A stretch of 64,000 bases of DNA from Monocercomonoides exilis PA203 (taxonomy: Eukaryota; Protista; Preaxostyla), in the NCBI GenBank assembly GCA_001643675.2, contig LSRY02000072.1, positions 1 to 64,000 of the forward strand. The letters run 5' to 3'. The notes beneath the pieces are model-generated. The model was not told where the DNA came from, made no database searches, and saw only the letters and a program-made list of their open reading frames with translations. This document shows positions 25,272-37,797 of this stretch, piece after piece. Position numbers and translations under genes: made by a program. Position 1 is the first letter of the stretch. Every line of letters starts with the position of its first letter.

Positions 25272-26273
25272 GGGTTACACTTTTACCTCTGACTTTTTTT
25301 TTACCCCCACCCTTTTTTTTGTGGAGCTGGATATGGCTTAATGCAAGTTCGTAGCAAACGAAAAATATCAAGAAACTTTAATTTTAATATGTTTAACTTA
25401 TGCAGAAAAATTTTTTCAACAAATTTTTAATAACTTTGAGATCTCGGTATTTTTTAATTTTTTTTTTAGATCATTAAATTGATGCTCTTTCCATGGATAT
25501 AACATTCCGGAAGTTTTAAGCTACATCATCATTACACATCATGTCCTTTTTATTGTTTTTATAACTTTTCACATTTCACAAGTTTCTTTTTCACTTGTTT
25601 TCTCATTTCATCCACTTTTCGATAAAATGCAATTTTTGATTGTATAAAAGACAATTTTTTAATTTTATAAGCTGTCTATTATTTTTAGCTCAATATATTA
25701 TTGCAAGCTCACAAAATATTTTGCTGAATAAGTGTTACTGGCTGAAATAACCAAAACAACCGAAAATGATGTTTTTCATTTTTCTATTAAGAATCAAATT
25801 TGAAAAACTTTTTTGTGATTCCACATGATTAACATTTCAACATATATAAAGAACCACCTTTAAAAATTTTTCGAAAATTCATCATTCTTTAAAAATTTTC
25901 ATTTTTTCGAAAAGTCGATGAAATGAGAAAACAGATGAAAAAGAAACTTGTGAAATGTGAAAAGTTATAAAAACAATAAAAAGGACATGATGTGTAATGA
26001 TGATGTAGCTTAAAACTTCCGGAATGTTATATCCATGGAAAGAGCATCAATTTTATGATCAAAAAATACAATGAAAAAATACAGAGATCTCTAAGGAAAA
26101 AAATTTCGTAATAAAATATTTTCTGCATTAGTTTTATATTATTGAAATAAACGTTTCTAGTTGTTTTTTTGTTGGTCACGAGCTTGTATTAAGTCGTAGC
26201 CAGCTCCACAAAAAAAAAAAAAAAAAAAAAAAGGGTTGGGGTGAAAAAGATGCCAGAGGAAAAAGTGCAACCC
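25272..26273. mobile_element. 1.0-kb non-autonomous foldback element with ~370-bp TIRs and a TA target duplication
   Basis: The ends read TA|GGGTTACACTTTT...AAAAGTGCAACCC|TA. A perfect 118-bp inverted block spans 25476-25593 and 25936-26053, while the outer arms are imperfect. No coding capacity was seen. Confidence 0.88.
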
Positions 26274-26276
26274 TAT

Positions 26277-27587
26277 GGTTCAATGAACTGGAGGATTGTG
26301 ATGAGGAAGAACAGAAACAGAAAATCGAAGAAATGAATGCATTGATGGACGAGATGAACAAAGATGAAATTTATTTTGCTTTTCTGAAGGAACGGTGCAA
26401 AAAAGTTAACGAAATGATTGAAAAAAAGAAATTTTCGATAGAAAATGCCATTTTCATGTTAAAGCACTTTGCATATTGCAAGGCCCTGAAAGTTAATCCA
26501 TGCCTTTTTGGTTGCTTTTCTTCCTTGAACAAAAGATTGGAAAAGATGATTATTGATGAAAATGAGAAGAAAAAAGAAGAAATGAATGAAAAGTTTTTGG
26601 CTGATCTTTGCGAATGCTATTTTTTTCAAAGCTGCAGCTTCACTCCAATATTGCTTTCAATTTGTATACCTTGCCTTCTGAAAGTTGCATTGAGGATAGA
26701 GAAAAACGAGAAAGTTCAAAAAGAAGCGGAAATAGCTTTACTGGCGTTGAGCAGCATTAGGGAGAATGTGTGTGAAATTCAATTTCATTTTTGCTATTAA
26801 AATTTTACTTATTTTTAATCAGTTTGTCAAAAAAGAACTGTATTTGACTGAAATCAAAGAATTCATCAAATATCATCAGGAACATTACAATCTGACACGA
26901 CTTGCCTATCAATTGGCTTGGAGTTTTTTATTGTGCAGATTGTTCTATGATAGAAGCTTGAAAAAAGTTATTGCGAATGAACTACACTTTGAGAGAGAAG
27001 CAGCAAGAGAACTTGAAGAGCTGACCAGATGTGTTGATTGGAAGAGAAAAGAAGAGGAAAATGGAGGAAAAGAATCGAAAGAAGTGCTTATAATCTGGAG
27101 ATGGATCAATACATTGGCGTCTTTTTTTGAATACTGTTGGTTGTGGAATGAAGACTTTGTTATGCTTTTTGGCAGCATTGTGAGAGTATTTCGAGCAGCA
27201 AGAGAAAATAAAAGAAAAATTCACCGCTGGTGCATTTATTCACTGAGCAATGCAGTTAAAAACAGGGATATGACGTTTGGATGCTTGCTGAAAGGTGGGG
27301 TAGTTGATGCTATTTTGGAGGAGATGCATCAACCAACTTTGAAAGATAATCTTATGTGTAAATGCTTGGATTTTTTTTCGCTTATTTTTGAGCGATTGAA
27401 AAAAGAAGAAGATTATGAAATGGAAGAAGAGAAAAGAAAGATAGCAAAAATGGAGATATTCGAATGGATGGAAGAAGAAGGATACGAAGATGTCATCACC
27501 AGCTTTCACGATGTAGTTTATTTTCTTTACTGTAAATATTTTTGTGGTTTATCGTTGAATATTTATGATTATTTTATAAATATTTGA
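26277..27587 (+). CDS. 'HNLTRLAYQSAW' family copy 4; 5' end abuts the foldback element (exon 1 missing or separated)
   Basis: FNELEDC begins immediately after the element. Exon 2 runs to ~26768, the intron is ~26769-26822, and exon 3 is 26823-27587 ending YDYFINI*. Confidence 0.72.
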
Positions 27588-29101
27588 AAAAATGAAACTC
27601 ATTCTTTTTTTTTTTATTTGATTTTGTAACTCAGAAATTTTTTATTCTTTTTTATTCATTTCACAAAATGAAAAAATAAATAAATAAATAAATAATTGTA
27701 TCATTTAAATTATGTTTTTGCTTTTTTTTGGAAAATGAAAAAAGAAATATCAAAAAATCCATTCTTTTCTTTTCTTTTCATCAAGAATCTTTATTGAACG
27801 AATTGTCAACTTAAAAAAAAAAAATATGTTAAAAATCAATATTCACTTGTTCAATCATCAGCTTTGAAAGTCTCTCCTCAACTCTTTTGAGCAGTTTTGC
27901 CTTCCTCTCACTTCTTTCTTTGTTTTTTCCACGTTCCTTCAGATTTCATCGAACTGAAAAAGAGAAATCAAAGCCCTATGAAAATAGAGGATTTGTAAGA
28001 TGAATTTGAATGGAAAGACAGCGTTTTTCTTTTGGTTGTTTATGTGTTAATTGAAGCTTCTCAACGCAGACATTTTCTCTTTCCCGCTTTTTCTTTCTGT
28101 ATTTCAGTCCAACTTGCTTTGCCAAATATTCATCAAAAATATGATATCCTCAGCAAACTCCCAATGAGTAAGAGAAATAAAGAAAACAAGAAACGATGAA
28201 TACAAAGAAATAACTTTTTGATTTTTGCCTTATATTTTCTGTTCAAAGGATTTTATTTGTATTTTTCATCATTCTTCAGCAGCTAAATATTCCTCAAACA
28301 GCACAAATTCGTTCACAGAGCAGAGATTAAGCCAAATTGATAAACTCAGAAGTCGAATGAACCAACATTCTGATTGTGATTCATGCTCTTCCCTTGAAAG
28401 TGATGATAAATGTGAAAAGGAAGGAAGAGAAGGAAGAAATGATGGTTTTCAAATGGATAATTGACGCAATTATAAGAATTTGAGTAAATGTGAGAAATAT
28501 TCTCTCTTAAACCCTTTCTCAAAATCAACAGCCTCAATCTGCAAACATGCTTCCAACTTATTCTTTGTCCTCTTATCTTAACAGAATTCTCTATTATTTT
28601 CCTGTTCTTCAATTTTTTCTTCTTCACTCATTTCCTCTTGTTCAGCTTGATGTTAAGATTCTATTCCACCAATTTCAAAGTTGTCGCATCCACTTTAGAG
28701 CTTATAGCTTTCTTTTCTCATCTATTGTCATTTTATGAAGCATCAAGAGAATTCAAACAAGAACAGGCGAAGGCAGAGAAGGATAAAACATGAAAGGCTT
28801 TGAATCAAAAGGAGAAATTGAGGAGAAGTTTAAGTGAAGAACATGAAGAGGAAGTTTGTTAACGAGTAGAAAGAGATTCAGTGCATTCCATTCAATGAAT
28901 CGCATTCTTTGTTTCTTTCAATCTGAAACGAAGTTTAGCCATTTTTTCCTTTTCCAGCTTCTCTATTCTGGAGTGATTATGCATTTGTCTTTTTCTTCTT
29001 CAACGAAATCTGTTCACTCTTGCTCTGCCTCATTCTCTTCTTCATTCGCACTTATTGTCATGAATACTTTTATTGCATCCAACGAAGTCATCGAAGAAGA
29101 C

Positions 29102-29239
29102 GAAGGAGGAGAAGGAGGAGAAGGAGGAGAAGGAGGAGAAGGAGGAGAAGGAGGAGAAGGAGGAGAAGGAGGAGAAGGAGGAGAAGGAGGAGAAGGAGGA
29201 GAAGGAGGAGAAGGAGGAGAAGGAGGAGAAGGAGGAGAA
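29102..29239. repeat. (GAAGGAGGA)n 9-bp minisatellite, about 15 copies
   Basis: Perfect tandem array. It explains the spurious poly-R, EEK and GGE ORFs here. Confidence 0.95.
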
Positions 29240-29299
29240 TGAGATGATAATTATGCTAGAAGATCGTTGCTATTGAGGTCATCACTAAAAGTGCTCGCA

Positions 29300-30330
29300 G
29301 AGATGAGCAACAAATCACTCACATTAACCGCAGTCGGACTTCTCCTGCCACATTGCAGCACCCAACACAGTCCGCACAGCTAGACACAAAAGACTCCAAA
29401 AATTCGACTTTTGGCTCTTCTGCTCTGATGGCAGTGAATGTGGAGTGCTTATTCATCTGCTTCCCTGTCTGGCCAGAGTATGTCCCCGTTTGGCGGAGCT
29501 TGATGTTCTTTACTGCAACTGTCTGGCATCAGCGCATTTTCACTGCGAAGCTGTACTGGCGGTTACGGAAAGCCCATCAAAGCCGATGATCGAGAAGTCT
29601 TCGAAGTTTCTGAAAGAGATCTTGGATGTCTGATCTACAGAGGAGATTTTTGTGAAGTTGCTTCTCGAAGCATACACATGGCAGTTATTGTCGCTAAGGG
29701 TTTGAGCAGATGGCTTAAAGTCTTTGTCGATCTTAATCCTTAGAGTCAAAATAGAACTTTCAGTGAAACGAAAAGGAGATGAAAATGCTGAAATTAATCA
29801 ATTCAAAAATGTGTGCAAATATTTTCATTCACATTAAAATCAAATGTTGAAGTAGACCAAACCCGATGCATCCATTCCTGAGTTGTGACGTTTTCAATCG
29901 ATACATTTTTGCTATTGGAAACACTAAGAACACCACTAGCTGCAGCTTTTATAATTATATTAGAAATTGTCAATCTAAAAAATCGCCAAAAAGGCAAACA
30001 AACATAAATATCGAAAAACAACGAAATAAACAATGAAACTTACGTATCATCGTTGTTGCATGAAAATAGAGTTTCTCTGTTTGTTGAATCAGAAATCAAG
30101 GTGACATTTGCATTTGAACCTTTCATTGAAAGGTTTGTTTTTGAATCGATAGCAATACAATTAAAATTTTTGTAAGTATTATTTGCAGCAAAAATTATTT
30201 CTGTATTTGTTTCAGCGTTATTTACTGCATAATGAAGAATTTTACATGGAAATTGTAATCCTTTTTGAAGGCAATCAGTGTTATTGTTCCCTGTATCTGG
30301 TTGAACATAAATTGATGCATATAAATGCTG
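29300..30330 (-). pseudogene. Fragmented multi-exon gene for a putative beta-helix (pectin-lyase-fold-like) surface protein
   Basis: Manual translation of ~30320-30045 gives ASIYVQPDTGNNNTDCLQKGLQFPCKILHYAV...LSMKGSNANVTL, ending at a GTAAGT donor. Later exons read LTISNIIIK...VSIENVT. Stops or frameshifts occur near 29540-29500. Confidence 0.4.
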
Positions 30331-30546
30331 TGAAAAATGAGAAAAAAAAAAAATACAAAACTCATGAGACTTCCGTGCGAAGGAAAAAAGTTCAGATCAT
30401 AATAAGAAGAATAATTATAAAATCTTGAATATTCTTTTCCAGACTACTGACTGTGCTCTTTTGTAACAAATGATATGTTGTCAGTTCAGGTCTGTGAAGA
30501 AATAAAAAGTTGATCGAAAGTGTAACAAATAAATACTAATCAAAAA

Positions 30547-32232
30547 ATGGACACAAACGAAGGAAATGACGCAAAAGAAAATGATCGTGAACTTTTATAC
30601 AAACCAGCACCTTCATCTTTTGGAATTTATGTGAAACCAAAAATCAGTGTCGTTCAATTGAAGAAAGATATAAAAGATATTCGTGAACTATTCAATTATA
30701 TCTCAATTAATTTTGTTGAAGAACTCATAATTAACAACTGTAGTAGCCCAAATTATGTTAAAATAATTATTGAGCATTTGCTCAGTTTGGATGGGAAATA
30801 TCCTACAAATGAAGAAGATGAATCTGAAGAGGAGAAAGAACTTCTTCAAGGTTCACAATCTTCAGCAAATCTAGAACAAAGATATGAAAAGCCTGAAGCA
30901 AAGATCCAAATTGTGGATGAGACAGATCCAAAGAAAGAATCAGAGAAATACATTCAAGCAGCTTTCTGTTTTATGAAAAATGAATTTCCTCAGTTTCATT
31001 GTCTGCTACCAATGACAATACTCACGAGGAACGAATTTAATTTAAAAATTGCTTGGAAAATTTTGTGGAAATTGCAAAAGCAAATGGAAATTGAAGATTA
31101 TAAAGAAGAATTTGGAGAACAACCATCATCTTCAACGAAACCTTCAAAGTCAATTAATTCTACTGAAGTTATCAAAGAAGTTCCTAAAGACATAACCTCG
31201 GATTTTTTGCGCAAATGCCATGTGAAAATTCCATTTCCTCAAACTCCACTGCCCGCTACAGTCAAGCGATTGGCAGATGATGTGAAAGCACTTCAGAAGA
31301 TGATCAAACGCAAAAGAGAGAGCCGGGCCCGCAGAATCGAAGGTTTCGAGGCCAAAAAAGCGCTGCTGGCAGAGCGGCCACCTCCAAACCCCGAGGCAGC
31401 GGCGTTATGGTTCCTTGTGGAGTGCCCGTCGTGCTACGATGAAGTGGCAGGGGTTAGCTGTGTGGAGTGTGCGGAAAGACATGCCATCTGCCTTTCGTGC
31501 TTCAAACAGGAGGTGCAGCATTGCGTGGGGATGCGAAAGGCGGTTCTGCGTTGCTTTGCGGACAGCGACTGCAGCCAGACATACTCCTTCTCCACAGTAC
31601 GGAGCGCACTGAACGGTGGAGAACTGTTTCAGCAGTGGGCGCAGCTAGCGAGTCTGCAGGAGGTACGAAAGAGTGGAATGAACTGCTTCTTCTGCCCCTT
31701 TTGCCAGTATCCCGAGGAAATACAATCAAATGTTCCTCTTCCACCTATTTTCCGCTGCCGGAAACGGCGTTGCAGGAAGCTGATCTGCACAATCTGCAAC
31801 AAAGAAGCGCATAAAGAAGGGGAGAAGTGTCCGAAGCTAGTAGAGGAGGAGAACGAAAGCTCACTTATCCGTCATGTGCAGATGGCGATTGACCAGCGAT
31901 GGATCCGCTATTGCCCCAGCTGCCATGTGGCGATTGTGAAGAAGAAAGGGTGCAATCACATCCGGTGCGTTTGTGAGTACAACTTCTGCTGTGTGTGCAG
32001 AAAGGGCATAGATCAAGACAACCCTTCGACTCATTTCGGGCAGCCACCGACGTTCTGCAAGCAGTTTACTGATCAAGATGAGGATGATGAGAGAGAACTG
32101 ACAGAGGCAGCGAGAGAAGCAGAGAAAGAATGGCGGGCGAAGCATCCGGAGTATAAAGGGGATCCGATACAATTGAAGGAGCTTACGCAGATGAGTATTG
32201 AGAGGAGAAGGGCGGAGAACATGGAGAATTAA
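30547..32232 (+). CDS. RBR (RING-IBR-RING) E3 ubiquitin ligase, RNF216/TRIAD-like
   Basis: RING1 CPSC..CAERHAICLSC..C..C; IBR CPFC..CRKRRCRKLICTIC..H..C; RING2 CPSC..KKKGCNHIRCVC..FCCVC with the catalytic Cys in GCNH. The 561-aa ORF has no introns. Confidence 0.92.
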   Translation: MDTNEGNDAKENDRELLYKPAPSSFGIYVKPKISVVQLKKDIKDIRELFNYISINFVEELIINNCSSPNYVKIIIEHLLSLDGKYPTNEEDESEEEKELLQGSQSSANLEQRYEKPEAKIQIVDETDPKKESEKYIQAAFCFMKNEFPQFHCLLPMTILTRNEFNLKIAWKILWKLQKQMEIEDYKEEFGEQPSSSTKPSKSINSTEVIKEVPKDITSDFLRKCHVKIPFPQTPLPATVKRLADDVKALQKMIKRKRESRARRIEGFEAKKALLAERPPPNPEAAALWFLVECPSCYDEVAGVSCVECAERHAICLSCFKQEVQHCVGMRKAVLRCFADSDCSQTYSFSTVRSALNGGELFQQWAQLASLQEVRKSGMNCFFCPFCQYPEEIQSNVPLPPIFRCRKRRCRKLICTICNKEAHKEGEKCPKLVEEENESSLIRHVQMAIDQRWIRYCPSCHVAIVKKKGCNHIRCVCEYNFCCVCRKGIDQDNPSTHFGQPPTFCKQFTDQDEDDERELTEAAREAEKEWRAKHPEYKGDPIQLKELTQMSIERRRAENMEN

Positions 32233-33619
32233 AAGGAGAGGAAGCAGTAAGAAAGAAAGGAGAAAGAGAAAGAGGTTGAGAGTGAAAAAAAGAAGAGAGA
32301 CAGAAATTTAAGAGGAAAAACAAAAAGAAGAAGAAAGAATTATAGAATTTAATCTTTGAAAAGTTATTGTTTTTCTTTCTTTCTTCTTCTTTTTTCTTTT
32401 TTAATTTATTTAAACTTTTTAGTGTTGAATTTTATTTTTTATATTTTAATTTTATTCATTTTCGTTTTCGATATATTTTTTGTTATTTATTTTTATTTTC
32501 AATTTTATTTTCTTCCCCCTTTTTTATAACATTTTCTTTTCTTCTTTCTACTTTTTTCCTTTATTCCTTTTTTTGGTTATTTTTCTTGCTTTTTGCATCT
32601 AAAAGGTCTTTAAATGAAATGAAATTGTTATTTTTTTCTTCATTCAGCAAAAGACATTCTTTGAGATATTTTTGATTTTTTGATTTTTCTGATTATAAAA
32701 TTTGACTGAATACTAATTTTTGAATAACTTTTTCTTTTTCTTTTTGGCGTTTAAATCAAGTTTTTAAATTGCTTTTTTTTTTTCATTTAAAGAACAATTC
32801 AATAAAGCTTTTTGTGTTTTTATTGGGGTGTTGTTTGTGTAACACTGCTTTTTGCTTCACTTAAACCTCACCTTCTCCTTCAAACTTGATTATAAAAATA
32901 ATGAAAATAAAAATTATAAATTTTTTATTTTTAATTTTCATAATAATTCTCATGAATATGTTATAAGAAATAAAATCCATAAACAACACAAAAACATAAT
33001 TATTTTCACTTTCCATATTAATGTGAGGCGAAATTTTTTCTATTGTGTTAAAAAAAAAAAAATAAAAAAAAAAAAAGTTCAATGGTATTATTCTTTTTGA
33101 AAAATCGCATTCGTTTTATTAACATATTACTTGAAAATTGACATTTTTTCAGGGTTTGTTGTTATTAATTCAATGGATGGGTGATTATTTTTGAAAACAT
33201 AACTCTTTTCTATGTATTTATTATTATGAAAACTCATTGTTATTTGAAAATAATTGTTATTCAAATTTTTCATTTTTTTCTATCGTTTGTAAAGCCAAAG
33301 TCTGACTTGATATAATTTCAGAAAAGTTATAAAATCGATGAAAAATTATTATTAACTCTATTTTTTTCTCTATCATAAATTTCTGTGAAAGAATTCACTT
33401 TTATTATTGATGAATGAACGTTGAAAAGAAATGTCTCCATTAAAAGACAATTTCTCATGATTTTTCACGAATGTTGTTATTGTTCACAATTGTTGTTCAT
33501 TTTTATTTGAAAAAATAATTATTCTTTAAGGTTATAAAATCATCCAAAAATTTAAACCCTGAAAAAAGTTATGATTTTTAAAATTAAAGCATATTTTCTT
33601 TTTCAAAATATCAATATTT

Positions 33620-33845
33620 TCTTGGAAAAAATGCCTTTTGTTTTATTTTCAGTTCTAAATGGAAACTGAATATTTTTTATTAATCTTCATTCCAACTCTC
33701 AAAAATTCACCAGAATAGAAACTAATGTTTGTTAATGTTGTTTTTTCCATGATTGTGAAATTTTGAGAGTTGGAATGAAAATTTGATAAAAATATTCAAT
33801 TTTCACTTTCACCTAAAGAATTCAACAAAATGAACTTTTCAGATA
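33620..33845. repeat. Imperfect inverted repeat (foldback remnant) in an AT-rich non-coding tract
   Basis: gaatatttttt..cttcattccaactctcaaaaattcac (~33668-33710) pairs with gtgaaattttgagagttggaatgaaa..aaaatattc (~33755-33797). Weaker similarity extends outwards. Confidence 0.7.
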
Positions 33846-35999
33846 AATTTTCACATTTTAAACTCAGTGACATTAATAAAACAGTTTGGTTGAACAAAAC
33901 ATTTTGTTGATTCAATCATTTTTTATAATCAATGGATTTATTTAATTTTATTTGATTTTCTTTGTAATTTTATTTCTCCATAAAATGAAAAGTTATTGAA
34001 AATTTATTATGTAATTACAAAACTTAATTAAATTGAAAATATATTATTTTCTCAAATTATTCCAGAAATTTTCAAAGAAAATAATTCGTACCCAAAATAT
34101 TAAACTTTTCCTTTGTAGTATTATTTCTTTTTTTTTTTTCTTATTTATTTAATAAAATTATTCGAGTAAAAAGAAAAGATGAAGTGGATGGAGGTGGGAA
34201 AATTGGTAGTTTGGTAAGTGTCTTTTGTATTTTCATTGGCTGACCTTCTGAACTGGATAATGTACGGGAAGAGTGGGAAGAGCTGGTTAAACGGGAAGTA
34301 CATGAAGAAGAAGACGACGACAAATATTGAAAGATTAAAGAAAAAGTGTTGAAGTTGCTGATGAAGACAGACTATTCATTTTTCTATGTTTGGAAAATGA
34401 TAAACAATTGAAATCAACAATAGGATCATATTTTTATAAGGACCAAATTTTTTATTAGATCCTGTTCTTTTTTTTTCGTATATTGCTTCAAATAGAAGCT
34501 TATATTTAATGAGAATAATTTGAAAACAAATAATATACTACTATAAGGTTGTATGCCAAATATTTTAGAAATTATTTCTTTTAAAAAAAGTTATGTATTT
34601 TTTAAGTTTAATTTTTTGATCAACGTTTTGCTCGTGTTTCCACGAGTTTTTGAAATCAAGCGTTTTCATTGTTGGTATTGTTTTTTAACTTTTCTTTTTA
34701 ACATTTTTGGTTATTTCATAACTTGAGAAACCCTTTTTTTTTCACTTGTTTTCCCACCTCACCTTTTTTTTGTAAAACTCAAATTTTGTAGAAATACATT
34801 ATTTCTTTTTGAATTAATAGTGAGTGTTTTAGACCTGTGCGACAAGTGGCAAATTTTGTCAGCAACTGACACAGGTGACCGACAAGTTAATTTTTATCTT
34901 TTGATCAAAAATATTTAATAAAAAATTATAATTTTTTATCTTCTTTTTTGAAATTTCATTTGAAATAATTCTCTATTTCAATAACGAAGTATTTTTGAAT
35001 AAGAAAGAAACATTTTTTGAAAACTTCGATGAAACAAAACTTTTTGTGAATCAAGAAATTATTAAGGTTTTGTGACAAGAACAGTGAAACTTGGAATTAA
35101 CTAAGCCACTGGAAGTCACTTCTGTCACTGAAGTCACCAAAAGTCAATGAAATGAAAATATATGAAAAAGCAATTGAAAAACAAATCATCCTTCTTTGCT
35201 GCTGAAATGTTCATGATTTCACTTTTTTTGTCAGTCACAACCATAACAATTCTGATTGTTATACATATTCTTCAACTTTTATGAACAAAGTGAATGCAAA
35301 GCACTAAAACAAACAGAATCGTTCTGTTTGAAATATTTGATAATAGAACAAACTTTCGTGAAATTGAAAATTGAAATGGTTTTATCGAAATTTTAATTTA
35401 TAAAAAATTATTTTGTCTCTTTTTATTTCCACACTGGCAAAAGTTTATTATTATCTTCGTAAGATGAAAAATGATGTAACAAGTTTATCCTTCGCTGTTT
35501 TGAAGAATGTTTGAAGATCTTAAAAATTTTTGATGTTAATGAAGTCCATAAATTGTTATTTCTTGTTTTGCTGCAGCTTAAACGAAAAAGGATGTTCCAC
35601 ATTTAACTAGGGGAAATACTTGCGTAAAATCCAGCTTTGAAAATTTTGGTATGATTAATCCGCAATAAAGAACAATGAGAATCTCTCTGATTTTCAAATT
35701 GGAATAAATTTTTGTGTTGTCAATACAACTCATTATGACAGTGAAAAAATGGAAATAGAAAATAACTAATGAAGTTTGTTTATTTTTTTGAAGAAATATT
35801 GGATTGCAAAGTCATTGCCTATTGTTTGAGCAATCGACCAAAAATAAATCCATATCTCTGAACATTTCTTTTTTCGTTGATTTAATTTTCGAAAAAGTTT
35901 GGAAATTGATTTTATCATAATAATTTCATTTTTTAAATAAATGTCAGTTTTATTCTTTGTGTAGTGAGTTAAAAAAAATATCCTTTTACAATTTTAGTT

Positions 36000-37400
36000 A
36001 ATAAGCAATGAATCAAAGATTTTTCGAAACATTGATATAATACTTGAATGAGTTTATGACAATTTTTTGTGATTACAATCCTTTCCTTATTATAATTGAA
36101 ATGATTTATTAAATCTTGAAACTGTATCTTCCGAACCTTTTTCATCCATTATTTCATAATCCTTCATCTCGTCCGCCCTTTTTTCTCTTCTTCCATTTCA
36201 TCATCTCTTTTCTCCCAATATTTTTGTTGTTTTCAAAAAGTCTATCAATCATTCATATTCCATTTTGTCATCAATGTTGGCTGATGAATCTTCCACAAAA
36301 CTGAATCAACTGCTCCATCTTTCAACAAGTTGATAACTTTTTCTGGCTTGTTGTTCGTTTTATTTATATATTGATCTTGCAATTGTTGCCTTGTACAACT
36401 GTAATAAAATCATGAAGCTTTAAAAAAACAGAACAATGCTACTGATAAACTCTCCAAATTCCAAATTCCGCAACGTTCATGATGATATGCAAAAATTCAT
36501 TACAGAGAGCTGAAACATTAAAACAATTTCATCATTTTTATCTTTTCCACATTATTTTCCCTTTTGATTCACGTTTTTTGTCAACTCTTCCAGTTTCCTT
36601 TTTGCTTCTCCCATAAAATGCTATTCGTTCACTGTCAAATGCTCCAATTGGCTTTTATTGAAAGATCTGCGATCCAAAGAATGCCTTGCTGAATGATCAA
36701 TGAGATAAGTCAGGTTGCTATGTTCCTGAAGATATTTGATGATTTGTATAAGTTATTTTAAATGCAGAGTTTCTCAAATTATCAAATCAACTACGAAAAA
36801 AACTTATCAAAAAATTCTATAATATAACGGAAATGTACTCTTTCAAAATTCAATATTGCTCAATGGGAGCAACGCAATTTCTGCTTCTTTTCGAATATCC
36901 TCTGTTATTTTGTTCGATGCGATTCTCAGAATGACAGGCACACAAATTTGATATATTTCAGTATTGCAGATGAAACTTTTGTACATATAATTTTCTCTCA
37001 AATCGAACAGCATTATTTCGTTTCTCCCTACTTTTGTCAGATCTTCTTTTGCAATAATCTGCGCGAATCTGATGCACAACGATAAATTTTGAAAACAGCT
37101 GATCCAATTTCTCATCAAACTTACGAAACCTTATATGAACTTCAGAAACAAAATTGCATTCTTCGAAGAAAATCAAATTTTCAACCATTTCGAGTCAAAT
37201 GTTGCACAGTTGTGAAATAAGAACAAATCATTATTTTAACTCATCAATTTCAAAAATCATTTTATTCGGTTCTCATTATATACTTTATGTCGCTTTTTCT
37301 GGAATGTTCCGACTCAGAAAACAATAATTACGAAAAAATATTAAAATAAAAATCAGTCGACAATAATTATGAAATATCAGCTGCTACACACTAACAAGTC
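36000..37400 (-). pseudogene. 'HNLTRLAYQSAW' family copy 5, heavily decayed, inside the long-TIR element
   Basis: Recognisable remnants are ICVPVILRIA..KEAEIALLPLSNI, KYLQEHSNLTYL and MDEKGSED, with many stops and frameshifts. Confidence 0.7.
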
Positions 37401-37744
37401 CATTTCGATCTTTTTATGCAGCACTTTCACAAAAAATGCATCCATAAAACGTTCCTTCTTTTATCTTTTTCATTGGAAGAACAATTGTTTGTAAGAAAGA
37501 TATTTGCTATTAATGAAAACAAACCAAACTCATGAAAAAATTTGTGTTCAGACTATTCTCATGGGAATAAACACTAATATGAAGACAAAACAAAAATAAA
37601 TCAGAAAAATTTTCATTCATAATATGATGGGGACTATGATCAATTGTTTTTTGCTAAAAATAAAAGATATTTTTTGCGATATGCTAAGTAATAATATTCA
37701 AAAAACATTTCTGTCCTTTATTATGATAACACAAATAACGATTC

Positions 37745-37747
<3 letters not shown>

Positions 37748-37795
<48 letters not shown>
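37748..37795. repeat. (AT)n microsatellite
   Basis: About 24 AT units. Confidence 0.95.

Positions 37796-37797
<2 letters not shown>

Noticed and set aside
28856-29276. ORFs with poly-Arg, EEK or GGE repeats
   Set aside because: They are translations of the 9-bp minisatellite.
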